Shown: in pieces, positions 52,101-64,000 of the stretch
How the letters are laid out: each line of letters opens with the position of its first letter
How positions within the stretch are numbered: position 1 is the first letter of the stretch
Source: Yuukianura sp. NJ FZ-2021
Lineage: Eukaryota
Assembly (NCBI GenBank): GCA_046563655.1
Contig: CM102284.1
Span: 3,472,001-3,536,000 of the forward strand
Reading direction: 5' to 3'
Length of the DNA: 64,000 nucleotides
Made by a program: the position numbers and the translations under genes
The notes under the pieces: generated by a model
Told to the model about the DNA's origin: nothing
Databases searched by the model: none
The model's input: only the letters and a program-made list of their open reading frames with translations

Positions 52101-54645
52101 AAGGGAACTACGTATTTCACGACTGTAGCAGTTCCAAGGACTTTTGTCCACCTACTACTGCACAAACTCACAAAAACTCATTTTCGGGTGATTAATTATC
52201 TTTGGCACGATATCCAAAGTGTATGATTTCCTTTGCTCATTTTTCAATTCCAAGGTTCTCCTGTCAATTCATCTTAAATTAAATCCAGTTCAATAACATA
52301 ACACTAGCGATAGCGAAAAACTAATCCAAATTGAAACGCCTAAACCTAACAAAAAGCCTGACATTTCCAAAAAATGAAATTTTTTTTAGAAAGTTTGAAG
52401 TTGAGATGGATGTCCAGTCAAATAAGGTTGCATGAGGGGCTGTTCGTTGCAAAATGTGTCAAGTCGCTCCTGGATTTGTTAGATTGACGTAGAATTAATT
52501 TCCCTGGTTGCGTAATCCATCAATCCAATTCCTTTCGTTTTTGGGAAAAGATGTTGTTGGTAGCACATACTATACTATAGTATTTTTTGGGTTAGCGTAG
52601 TATTTTTTTGGTTTAGAGGGAAGATTGAAGTTGACCCAAGGAAGAAGGGCAGGGATGATGGATGACCAAATTGGTTGGAGTGACTGTGTGGCGCACACAA
52701 CTCTGAATCCTTGAAGTTTCGTTTCGTTCTGACGGAGAAGGATAATTATAATTAATCTCCGTTGAGATTAATTCCCTTGTCTGAACAATGGAATGGATTT
52801 GATTGATTGTTGGATGCTTCTCTTTGGATCATCATTACGCAGCACTCCCACATCCTCATTCTGTTCAGAAGACTAATCTTAAGAAGAAAGATAGAACGCC
52901 TCCTGCCTCCTCCTTTTTATACTTGGAAGCACTGCACATCGCAAACTAAAATCTGTAAGTATGATTATTCTTCAATTAATTTTCGCAACAATGTTTAATC
53001 AGATACACAACAGGAATTACAAATGATCAACTGCACACCCAACCCACAGGAGCAATTTTCAATTAATTTTGACATCTAGTATTGATTCCGTTCATGTCGT
53101 ATGTCATCACGAAAAACCCCCCATGGGAACAAACTCTTTTGTGCAGTATTTAGACAAATGCACTACACGGAAAGCTTTGTGGACACGATTTCCCTTGGGT
53201 TAGCTTTGTGTGATTAGGTTAGGTTAAGACAAAGTGAGTAGTGAGTTTCAGTTGTGCGTCGGCGCATAGAATTGAAAGCTTGGCTTTTGGACTTGTTTTA
53301 AAATTGAAGCGATTGTGAAGGGCTTTGACCTTTTGAGCGATGCTGTCTGAAAGGAAGCTGTGAATGAATAATAGTGCGCTTGGCTTTTGGGCGTGTTAGT
53401 CTGTCAGTGTAGGTCTGGCTTAAGGTTAGGCTAGGCTGGAAGAAAGTGATGAGAGTGTCAGTCCCTTTGACAGACACCATCAACATCATTTTGAAGTTCC
53501 CTCCCAAGTACCCACTCACTTCCAAGGACCACTTCGGCCCTTCTACCTGCCACACTCACTGACACTTCCCAAATACATCCGTTCTCAGTCATGGCAACTT
53601 GTGACGTAATATTTGAACTGTGCCTCAAAACAAAAATAAAAACTTGACCTTTGATATTAGGGCTAAGGTAAGGGCGCAGTAGTAAGGGCGCTATAAGGTA
53701 AGGTCGCACATTACAAGTGTTGCACTCAGTTCGCAAAACAACGTAAAAATATGTTCGATATTTTCACATTCGCACAATATGTAAAATGTAAATAAAAAAT
53801 ATTTAAATAAGTACTAAATAAATAATTAATTAAAATAAATTTGAATAACAATATGCGTGAATCCACTTCCACACTTCAATCATCACTTTTTTTTAATGTT
53901 GGTCTCTGAAATTGTCAATGTATATAATTTTTTTGTTCCGGCATACAATGCCAACTAGAATTGTAACGCGTTGCAATATTTAAAATATATGAGCCTAATA
54001 AATTAATGGAAAGCCAAAACGACTGTTTCCTGTTTGAGTTTCGTGCTAAATGGTTGGTTTGTGTTTGTTGTTCTTGTTCAAATAAACCATGACTGATAGC
54101 TTGATTTCCTGTGGTTTCCGCTTTAATGAAGTTATGTTCCAACCAGGAAACTTTCACCACCCCGTCACCCTCAAATTCTGGTTTATTTCCCTGTTTCCCG
54201 TGGTTTCAGGATTCCCGAAAGTCAGAGGAATCGTCGGGGACATACCTCCACGAATTGAGGGATTTGAGTCAGCTCGACTGTTCCGCAAAAGGCTTGAATT
54301 CATGTTAGGGAAGTTAGGCACTTACGTGAGTGAAGCTGTTCTGCTGCGATGGGAAGGATTGAGATAAATGGCTTAATCCACTTGCCTCAACCTGTCAGAC
54401 AATTTATTTTCCCCGGACCCATTCTCCCCCCATGGAAACTTCGGGTTTCCAAATCCACGGATCCAAGGAGAACCAATTCACTTCATTTCACTGTCTGACA
54501 GGCAGAGGAGGCGAGGCCAAAGGTCGATCCGATTTGTACGACTTTCATCCTTGTCTCCCATTACACACACGGCATTTCTCTTTATAGTTACTCCCTCCAC
54601 CGTCTGACTTCACACCAAAAATACACGCTCAATTGCCACTTCAAC

Positions 54646-54852
54646 ATGGCACAAACATCGACAACTTCTGTACCAAACACCACAGAAATTGGTACAAATC
54701 CCTCCAAATGGTTAATAAAATACGACGGAAACCGTCTACTAACCATAACCACACAACTGGAAACTCCTGATACTGCCAAGGTTTACTCCATAACGATTCT
54801 GTATGAGGGGGATTTCGTTGCAAATTGCTATTCGAACTATGGCGAGAAATAA
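54646..54852 (+). CDS. Candidate 68-aa single-exon small ORF of unknown function
   Basis: CAACATGG start context, protein-like composition, AATAAA overlapping the stop codon. No homology recognised. Confidence 0.25.
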   Translation: MAQTSTTSVPNTTEIGTNPSKWLIKYDGNRLLTITTQLETPDTAKVYSITILYEGDFVANCYSNYGEK

Positions 54853-56667
54853 ATGACAAAAAATACTGTAAATAGGTTTTAGTTTCCAAAAAATTGAGAA
54901 TCGGTGGAAGAAAAATTCAAAAATTCGGTCTCAGCTCTGTCGCAACGGATTTCGTTTGATTTTGTTTCAGTTTTAAAAAACGTCTTTTCTATCTTTTTTT
55001 TTTCAAGATTTGAATCCCACCGGTTTTGAACCCGCGTCGCTCTCGTTCGGTTTGAAGTGGAAGCTTATCTTATTGAAATGTCAGTCTTTGGCTCTCTCAT
55101 GTCAATGTCAAAGGCCCAATCTCTATTGACTTCGACTTTGAAGTCTTTTCTTTTATTAGAAGCAAAGGGCCCCCTTGTTCCCTCTCTCTCTGTTTCGGGA
55201 ACTGACAGAATCCCCGATTTTTTGTCTTTTCCCGCATGTTCTTGTCTATCTTTCAATTCAACTTCATTAACTCCATGCACACAATCATTCTCAATTTCGT
55301 TTCAATTCCTCTTAATTGCTTCGCATCTTCTCTCTCCAGCAATAAATAGAAATATTGCCGCTCATAAATTACGCCATCATGGTCATGGGTAGTGGTTTGC
55401 GGGGTACTTAGAACCAATAGCTATTGACTACTCAATATTTGGCTGTTCTACTGTACTTGCTTTCATGTTAGGTTTGGTTTAGAAGGGATAGACGTTAGGT
55501 TTTAGGAGCAGTTAGGCTAGTGAAAGTGGACGATTTATCATGTGGGTGCATTAGACGCAGAAACCTGTCAAACCAACGGCCTGAAAATGTTATCGTGACA
55601 CAAGCCTGTATTTGTTGACGTGAATTTATTCTCGCGTCGCTTTTTATTTCCACTTCCTCCGCCAACCTAAACTACTCTTATAGCTTTTTCTGTATAACGT
55701 TAGGTTTTGGAGGGAGTAACTTCCTTTTCTCCGTCCAACAAACTGTCACTTTCCTTGTTTTCTTCTCTTCCTCTGGCATCTTCAATTTCCATTTCAAGTC
55801 ATTTGTCACTTGTCAATGACCGCAGAACTTATGAGCATTTGTAAACACCCCGAAGTGAGAAAAAACTATGGAAAATTATGTTTAAAGATTCAAAAAGTCA
55901 TTTCTGAACTTTTTATTCTTAACTGAAAGACATAATTCATTCGTGAGCTGAATAAGTGCTGGATCCTGTGAGCATTAAGCAATCACTCCCCCTGAGCCCA
56001 TTCCTGAAACTGATTTGCTCTCCAGGCCCCCCGACGACAGAACCGTTGTAAATCATGTGGGAAACAACTCAGAAGTCATTAGTAATTGAAGGTACAGGAA
56101 AGAGAAATGGTAAAAGTGTCTGGAAGGGCGGATCCTCGTCCATAAATCAAAAGATGACGAGGCGGGAAAAAGAACGGAAAGAACGAGATCAACTCCAGAT
56201 TTCGAAGCATTGGGAAAGACGAAGGGCCCAGGAGGAAGATGATGAATTTTTATTAAGGCCGCCTGGGCCCTGTACACTCAAATAACAATGGGATAAAATG
56301 GACTTCCATTGGTCTGTCCAGGAGGGAGGGGGCCACCTTTGGACTAATCATTACTTTTCTAATGTAATAACCCAACAGAGAATGAGAAAGATGAGTTCAC
56401 AACTTGTGTCATCCTTCATTTATTTGGGTAAGTCCACCCTTTGAATGCTACTCTACAAGGCAAAGACAGAGAACAATTATGATTGTTCTTTCCTGGACGA
56501 TGGACATTGAGTGATTGAAGGAAAGCAGTAGGGAGGCTCAGCACGACTTCACTGGCGTCTTCTGGACTCATTCAAAAATTCTGGAAGCCCCCCGACAAAG
56601 CCCCCCTGCCAATCTCCAACAAATTTAAAAAGTCCACTAAAAGTAAAGTGGCCAATTTTGTCCTCAA

Positions 56668-56707
56668 TCCTGTCCTTGAGAAATGAAAAATTTTCTCAAG
56701 GACAGGA
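56668..56707. repeat. Perfect 16-bp inverted repeat with 8-nt spacer
   Basis: TCCTGTCCTTGAGAAA (56668-56683) and TTTCTCAAGGACAGGA (56692-56707) are exact reverse complements. Confidence 0.9.
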
Positions 56708-59700
56708 AAATTTTTTCATAAAATGTCAATTAATCAGAATCACAATGGAACGACAGAAATTTTAAAAAACTCAACAAAGTTGTCTTTTAGAATGTTAAGT
56801 TGAGCGGTTGAGTGCAAATTTTGTCGAGTATTTTTCCAACGACCTTGAAAATGTCAACTCTGCAATTATTGAATGTCAGTGCAGTTTTTGGGTGCCAAAG
56901 TGGGTTTGGCTGTGAAATTCAAAGTTGACACTCAAATGCCCGAACATAACTTTCACTTTTTTGGCAATCGGAACCTAAGCAGCCATCGGCATTATTTTTG
57001 AGCATCTCTACTGGTGTGAGTGAGTTATTGGGCACAAATGGAGGGCATAAGTCAAAAGGAGGAAAGTGATAATTTAGGAGACAAGAATTGGGTAGGTAGA
57101 GACATGATGATTGTCTCCAAGTCACTTTCCCTCCTCCCAAGGAAAGCGGAAATCACCCGGGTAGGCCACATCCTGGATTTCTGGAAGGAGCTACTACATG
57201 GTTACATAGGCTGGAAGGAAGACTCCGCCGTTCTGGGTGGATGGAGAGACACTTTTAGTGCGTGAAAATCTATGTGGCGGAAGGAGGTTCATGGGTTATT
57301 TATTGGCAATTTGAGGAGGATGCCGATGGCGTGTGAATGATTCCTTTTTCAAGATTCTTCTTCAAAAGAGAAAAAAAGAAAGTCAAAGTCAAAGCCAAAA
57401 GTGCTAAGATCCCTCTGGAATGTGTCTTTCCTTCAGAGGTTTACAAGGTACGGAACAACTTGGAGATTCAGCCACCCAAGAATGACTTATAGACCCCCTC
57501 ATGCTGATGACGTACTACGTGAAACAGTCCTTTGACAACGAATCAGCCAATCATATTTTTTTCAAATTCTAGAGATCCAAAAATTCTGAAATAATTCTGA
57601 ATTTTTTGAAGAAAAGTAGGAAAGAGAAAGTTGCTTTCGGTTACTTTCCTTTTTCTCCAAATTAAGTTACTGAAAACACTCGTTTCTTCCAATCCTTGTC
57701 AAACGGAAAAAGTTCTTTGAGGAAAAAAATTTTCACCTTGTGGAAATTTTTCCTTTTGCATGTAAATCTCATCTAATCCTCATCGTTTCCTGCCTTATGC
57801 TCCCTCCAGGGTGGTGAAGTGCTGTGTGAGTTTTAGATGGGAATATGATGAGAGCTTTTGAGCTGGGTGAAGAAAAGTGAAAGTGAAATCCATTAACTTT
57901 GAAGATTAGGAGGAACGAAAGAGATTTAGATTTTCACTAGATAAATATTTTATAGTAAAGATCCTACTTTCTTGGCTCCGGTTCTGCTTTCACTGCTTTT
58001 GCCGAAAAAGCTTCTCTAGTCCTTTGGCACTCTCTGTTTGAACACAAATTCAAAACGAATCTTGCCTCATCTTCTATGCATGAGAGAGTCAAGTACATGT
58101 TTGGGAAATTGAGCAGAAGATTAGCCAAGGTAATCAAATTCAAATCCAACGAGCAGAGAATAAATGCTAAAAGTGTCTTCAGTGTACTTTTCTCCTCCTT
58201 ACAGGCTCTGCAGTGTTAGAAGAGGTCAGGTCAACTTCCAAAGCTCAATTTTACAATCTCCAGAGGTCATGTATTCTACACTCTTACAAATCATGTTCAA
58301 ATGGCACTTTTATTTCCATTCTAGGTCGTAACCATGCCATGGTTCAGGTGAGAAGGGGATGAAACCAAATCAGAAATTCATTTTTACAATTTAAGATCAA
58401 GTGAGAAGATTTCCCTCCTTGTTATTTTTATGGTGATGACCGAAATAGTTACTCCCTCCAAAATGAAAAACTGAAAGTTGAAAAATATATAAAAGGAGAA
58501 TGGAATCTCGGTTGGAGATCTTGGGAAAAGCCTATTTGGATTTCGGAGATCTCTACCTCAAAGTTATCTTCGTGCCGTCCAGTCCGTGTGGTCTTGGTCG
58601 TTGATGGCTGATGGTTGATTCTTAAAAGGACAAGAGATCACTTTCTGGCTGCGTTCTTTTGATAATTTGAGAAGTTGAAAGACGCAGGCGCAGATGTGTG
58701 GGGCAGAGTTCATGATGGCTGCCGGTTACTAAGGCTGAATGTGAGTGTTGGGGAAATTGGAAACTGTTAAATTGCTAATTTATGAGTAGTAGTGGGCTGT
58801 CTACTGTTTTTAAAGTTACCTGTCACATAAATTACGGCAATTGGAAATGAGTTGCATCAATATTATTCATATGAAATTGGAAACTTCCCAACATGAACAT
58901 CCTCATTAGCACTTTCTTCTCACCACTTTAAGCTCCACTCTGACCCCCATACTTCTTCCGACCACCAAACAAAAAACTGGTTCAAATTCTTCTTCGATTC
59001 AAACAAAAAACAGCCATGCACAATAGAATTTCGCACACAAATTGTCAATTTCTTTTCCTACCATTTAGCAACTAGCATCAAAATTCAAAATCTTAAAACA
59101 AAGTCCATAAATTTTAAATAAATTGAAGAAAACAATTAGCTTCAACAAAAATTTTGAGAAATACATAAGCAAAAAATTTTGTGGTTTTAAAATTTTTTAG
59201 TAGCTTCCGCACATGTCAGCTCTAATAGCTCAAAGGAATTCCCAGGAGCATTAAAAAGCACATTTTGGTCAATTAAATAGGTTTTCCATGTTTTTGAAAA
59301 TTGCAAAGGTGGTGTGCTGAATTTGAATGAGCTGATGGAATCAATTGCTGTTTGGAGTGTCGATGTTAATGGATCCCACCCAACAAGAAGCTGTCCTTTG
59401 TCCGTGGATTGACAGGCGGATGAGGATGATTGGTGATGTTGTCACTGTGGGGACACAACAGTTGTGCTGCCAAGTTGACTTGAGCCTATTCGCTTCACAA
59501 TGGCCAAAACAAGTTGAGCAATAATTCTTCCTTCGTCTTCTATTGGACTGCCCACAGCGGGGGAACTCCATTCTTCATCCTTCTCAGCAGAAGCCTTCTG
59601 GTGGCTTCCAGAAATGACATTGGAGTCCCGAGGTGGTGGACAGCTTCCGAACAAAAGACTCACTCCGAGAACTCCGACAATTCGGATTTATAGGCCACAA

Positions 59701-62700
59701 GATACTTGGGACTCTCAGATCCTGCCAGCTTCACTTCGCCAGCCTCCCCCATACTTTCTCAAGGGCTCCCCCCTTTGAGCCATGGTCCAAAATGACTTTA
59801 GCATGGTCCATAATGTCCATCTGACTCCCTCTGCAGTTCTGTTTCATTTCACTGGGATCTTCATTTATCAACTGGCAACAACTGTGCAGGGGCCCTTAGC
59901 AAGGGGTCCTCTCTCGTCTTGTCGTAAATCAAACTCGGAGCACTTCGTTTCCACCAAATGGAAAATGACCAAACAACCATTAAGCCAAAACATGACACTA
60001 AATCATAGCAGCCATGTTAGGACAAACTAAATTACTTTGGCTAGAAACATCTTCCACTTTTTCATCTTCTGAGAACTTTTGAAATTGAATAAGGTCAAAG
60101 GTCAAAGCTTCATTTTCTTGAGTTAGGTGATGTGGTTAGAATCAATTGGAACTTGATGTAAAAATGTAATCATGGTCTGTCAACTGAAGAGATTGAACAT
60201 ACCGTCACCGCCGCAGAAATTGTTCTTTGAAGATGGCAGTATTCTGTCAGATTCAGAGCGTCTGATGTTGAAAGTCGATTAATCGGATGTTTGGAGTAAT
60301 TCATGGGTTGGGGGCCCTTGAGGTACTACACGCAGTCAATTACAAAAGAAATGGATCCTTTCATATTCTTCCGCCTAAACCTAAAGAAAGAATAAGAATC
60401 CTTTACGTTTTTTCTTAATAACTAACCACGACGTTCTTCCTGGAATACAATTTTTAGAGTCTATTCAGGTTTGGAATATGGCACAGACACGCTGTGATTA
60501 GGACTGCCATTGTCAATGCCGCCATCTTATTAAAATTTAAAAATCTACCGCCAAATCTTAGGTTCCTTTGACTTATTTACCTAAGCCGGTCTTTGGCGTG
60601 TCGTTTTAGTGTATTTTACTTTAGACTTCTCTCAAATGCTAAAATATTTTTTATAGTTGTTGCGGCTGATTTGCGTTTTTGACACTCTTGAACCCCTGTC
60701 AAAAAAAATCTCAGTGAAAACATTCAAATTACTAAATAAAAATTTAAGTTTAATTTTGAGATAATAATATCCGTTTTTGAAGAATTGTACGAAATTTTGT
60801 GCACAGTTTTGTTTTTTCTCGAAATTTTTGTTTGAATTGTTGAATTGTATCGTTATTATAATGAATGTTTATAAAAAAAAGTACGACAGTAAATGAGTAA
60901 ATCAAGTTGAATGTTATTTCCAGCGGCCTGAACCCGAACGTAATAATTACCCGAAAGTGTCAAGGGCCTCTTTGTACTCTGTGCTATTTATGACACAGCT
61001 ACAAATAGAAAAGGACTAAAAAAAAGCTGTCGGTTCAATTCAACCTCACTCCGCTTCCTTGCTTTTTTGACAAAGCCCATTGACATGGAACGAGAATTAA
61101 AACAAGCTGGAAATTTTATCTACCGCGTCGAAACGGAATTTCAAAATTTAAATTTGAGCGCCACCATTGTGCTTGACGTAAGTTGAAAGGGTACAATGAC
61201 CTACGACATAGAGTGAATAAGGGTAGGGGGCTCCCTTGATGTAAGGGTGTAGAGAGTAAATACTCTTCATGGTCATTGAGAAGACAATTGACAATTGAGA
61301 TCCGTAAATCTTGAGTTGCTGCCCGGGTTTCATTTTCACCCGGTCCACAAAGGAGCCCTTGGAAGGATGCTGGGACCCTTGGAGGGCGAAGGGGGCCCTT
61401 GTGCACAATAGGTGGATAATTTCTGGGACACAAAGGTAAACAGGGAAATGGACATGGGACTGAATTCATTTCCCAATCTGCACCAGAAGACGTCCATTCA
61501 TCAACCTATTGTTCTCCTAATTCTAAGGCATCAATGCACAACCATGAAACCCCATCCATCCATACAACACGATCCAAATAAATTGTTTTTCTTACAACAC
61601 AGAAATACGTTTTTGACACCTTCAGTTGCATCATCTCATAAAAACACAATTTACACAAATGTTACGCAAAATTACAAAAATGAAAGCAAAAATAAAAGTG
61701 AAAGTGAAAGTCGAAAATATTTAGAATTTTGTACAAGATCACAAAACTTTAAATATTTTCAGTTACACCGGCACCAGCACGGGTTTTGCTTCAAAATTTC
61801 AGAAATTTAACAGTACTAGACGAACGAAATTACTTAAAAACATTAAATCGGGTCTGCCTTGTACCTTTTCACCTAAATTTTTTAGTTTTTGCTACTGACC
61901 AAGATTGAATGGTGGAAAATTCAATCGGCGTAGAATTTGTTGTGCTATTTTGAGTAACATTAGATTTAAAGCTATGCTGGTTAGGTTTAAGTTAGGTTAG
62001 GGATTTGGAGTTAGCATAACCTTAAGGAGGTGTGACCTATTAATTTCCAAATCCAATTCCCTTCTCTGGGATTTGTATGTAAGTTTACTTTCTTGTAAAT
62101 TTATGGTTTCCTTCAATACCCTACACTTTTGTAGCCTTACATTTGGCGTAATTTATTTTATTTGTGAAAAGTCTTAGTATGGAACTGGGCGGTTTTAGTA
62201 GCTTGGAGGAACCTTAACAATGGAAGTAACATATTTGAAATATTGCCCATTTCCCGTCACTCCGTCATCATTTCTGCTCCTTTGAAAAGCAGCAGGGGGG
62301 AGGGGGGCTGTGGAGCAGAGGGTGCTTCGGAGTGCCCCTTTTCTATTTTCCCGTGGTTTTCCTTTTGAGCAGTTCCAAATAAAGTATGAAATATTGGATG
62401 TCGGAGGGCCACCACTGTTCCCCCCTCTTGTCAGATCTGTTATGTCATCTGTCATAGAATAAATATTAAGCCATAAAAACAGACTTCACCCGATTTTTCA
62501 CAAGTGACTCCACATTTATACACTGGAGCCACGCCATGGGCTTTTTTATTTCCATGGAGGACAGGGTGCACCGTTTGGCCCGTCACCACCACACCCTCCT
62601 TCCCAACAACAACGACGGTGACATTTGACATATTGCCACATTTTCAAAATGAACAGAAACCTATGGGCCAAAAGCTCCCAAATCTTTTCAAAATTTCAAA

Positions 62701-64000
62701 TTCCGAAGCGTTGATGTAATTGGGTTCCGGGGATTTACAGAAGAAACTCTCTGAATAGCATCAATTGAATTGTGAGATATTTGCAGGAGAACTTTTCAAA
62801 ATTGAAACATGGTTTGAATTTATTCTGAAAAAACAAATTCAAATTCCAAAGATGTTAATGTCGTTGTAAAAATTTGAGACAAGGAAATGGGCATAGAACA
62901 ACTACAGGCGCAGAATGAGAATTGGAGAGAAGAAAAGTTAATTATTATTGTCCAAGTTAATTTGGCAATTGCGAATTCTAGTCATCTCTTGCATGTAGAG
63001 GCTTAATGGTAGGTTTGGAAGTAGTAAGTTGGAGTAGTCATTCATCAGGCGGCTGTTGGACGTATGTAGGTAGCCATTGTTCTCTGTGCAAAAGTAACCC
63101 TCGTAACTCGCATGTATAAGTTGGAAATGTAGAAGAGATTTATGGAGGGAGGCTTTGAGGTAATTAAGTACCACAAGTCATCTCACACCTCAATTTATTA
63201 TCCCTACCTCCTAATCATCCTAATAAAGACAACGACTACGCAAGGTTACCTCCTGCCTTACTATATCTCGTCAAACAGGAAAACTACTCTTCAAAATATT
63301 GACAATCGCATCTCCAATCTTAATTATTTCCAATTGTACGATCATAAATCTTTGGACTTTTCTCAAGTTCAATTCATTCCATTTCGCAACAGTTCTCCCC
63401 CCATTAAACATTACGACTTAAACCACTTAAAGGCAGTGTCACTGAAACTACCAAATGACTTTTGTTAACTGTCAACTCCGGAGCTTCTTGTGCAGTATTA
63501 AGCAGGGGGTGTGAAGTGGGTTGAAGTTGACAAGGTTTGGTGGGTAGGTTGAAGTTTATGAAGGTTGAAGTAAGGCTGACTCAAGTTGACCCAAGAAGCC
63601 CACCGACGTCAGTTTGTAAGTTGAAACGTGGGTAAATTGGTTGAGAAGTGGTTGTTATGTTTTTGATTAAGCCATGTAAATGAGCCTACTTCTTAAGAGT
63701 ACTGGCAATTGAAGGGGCGGACGTGGTTGAGGCTAGGTTATAATTACAGCCCATTTCCCATTGTTCTGTGGGTGTTTGTGCCTGGGTAAGTACATGTCAT
63801 TAGACACACAATGGACCCAGTCCAATCCGCTTTGTCTTCCCTCTTCGTGATCAGCAGCCTTAAGTCTTTTCCCTATTATTTATGCAGGTGATGAATGGGC
63901 CTTCCTTAATCATCACCACCACATACTGCAGGAACACGCAGTACATGTCCACTGTGGCCCCCTCATACTTTTTGGAATACAGTGTATGTTACTGTGGGTC

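Noticed and set aside
53700-53740. TECNTCNV on the minus strand resembling a piggyBac-type C-terminal Cys motif
   Set aside because: Too short, and no transposase ORF is adjacent.
1-64000. Prokaryotic-type systems (CRISPR arrays, operons, defence islands) or a horizontally acquired bacterial gene
   Set aside because: All recognisable genes are spliceosomal-intron-containing animal families, and no repeat-spacer array was seen.

Overview
Eukaryotic, intron-containing DNA, most likely from an arthropod (inferred from a gustatory-receptor-like gene, clan-2-type P450s and short GT-AG introns). The ORF track is mostly exon fragments, so genes were spliced by hand. Positions 1-24 kb hold seven tightly packed genes: a RUN/FYVE protein (RUFY family, 5' truncated, with a duplicated alternative terminal exon and a 15-nt microexon), a sterol desaturase/fatty-acid-hydroxylase family enzyme, a divergent gustatory receptor, a coiled-coil tail-anchored protein ending in a KASH-like PPPI with an LRMP/IRAG-like core, an SLC22-type transporter, an orphan secreted protein with several furin-type sites, and a tetraspanin. 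Positions 29.8-35.7 kb are a tandem duplication carrying two intact cytochrome P450 genes. Positions 35.7-64 kb have no recognisable protein-coding gene, only a tRNA-like element, a 16-bp perfect inverted repeat, a candidate small ORF and probable transposon debris. The most notable signals are the candidate KASH protein and an unusual density of perfect nuclear-receptor elements (IR1/DR1/DR0), several inside coding exons. All family calls rest on motifs read by eye; no searches were run.
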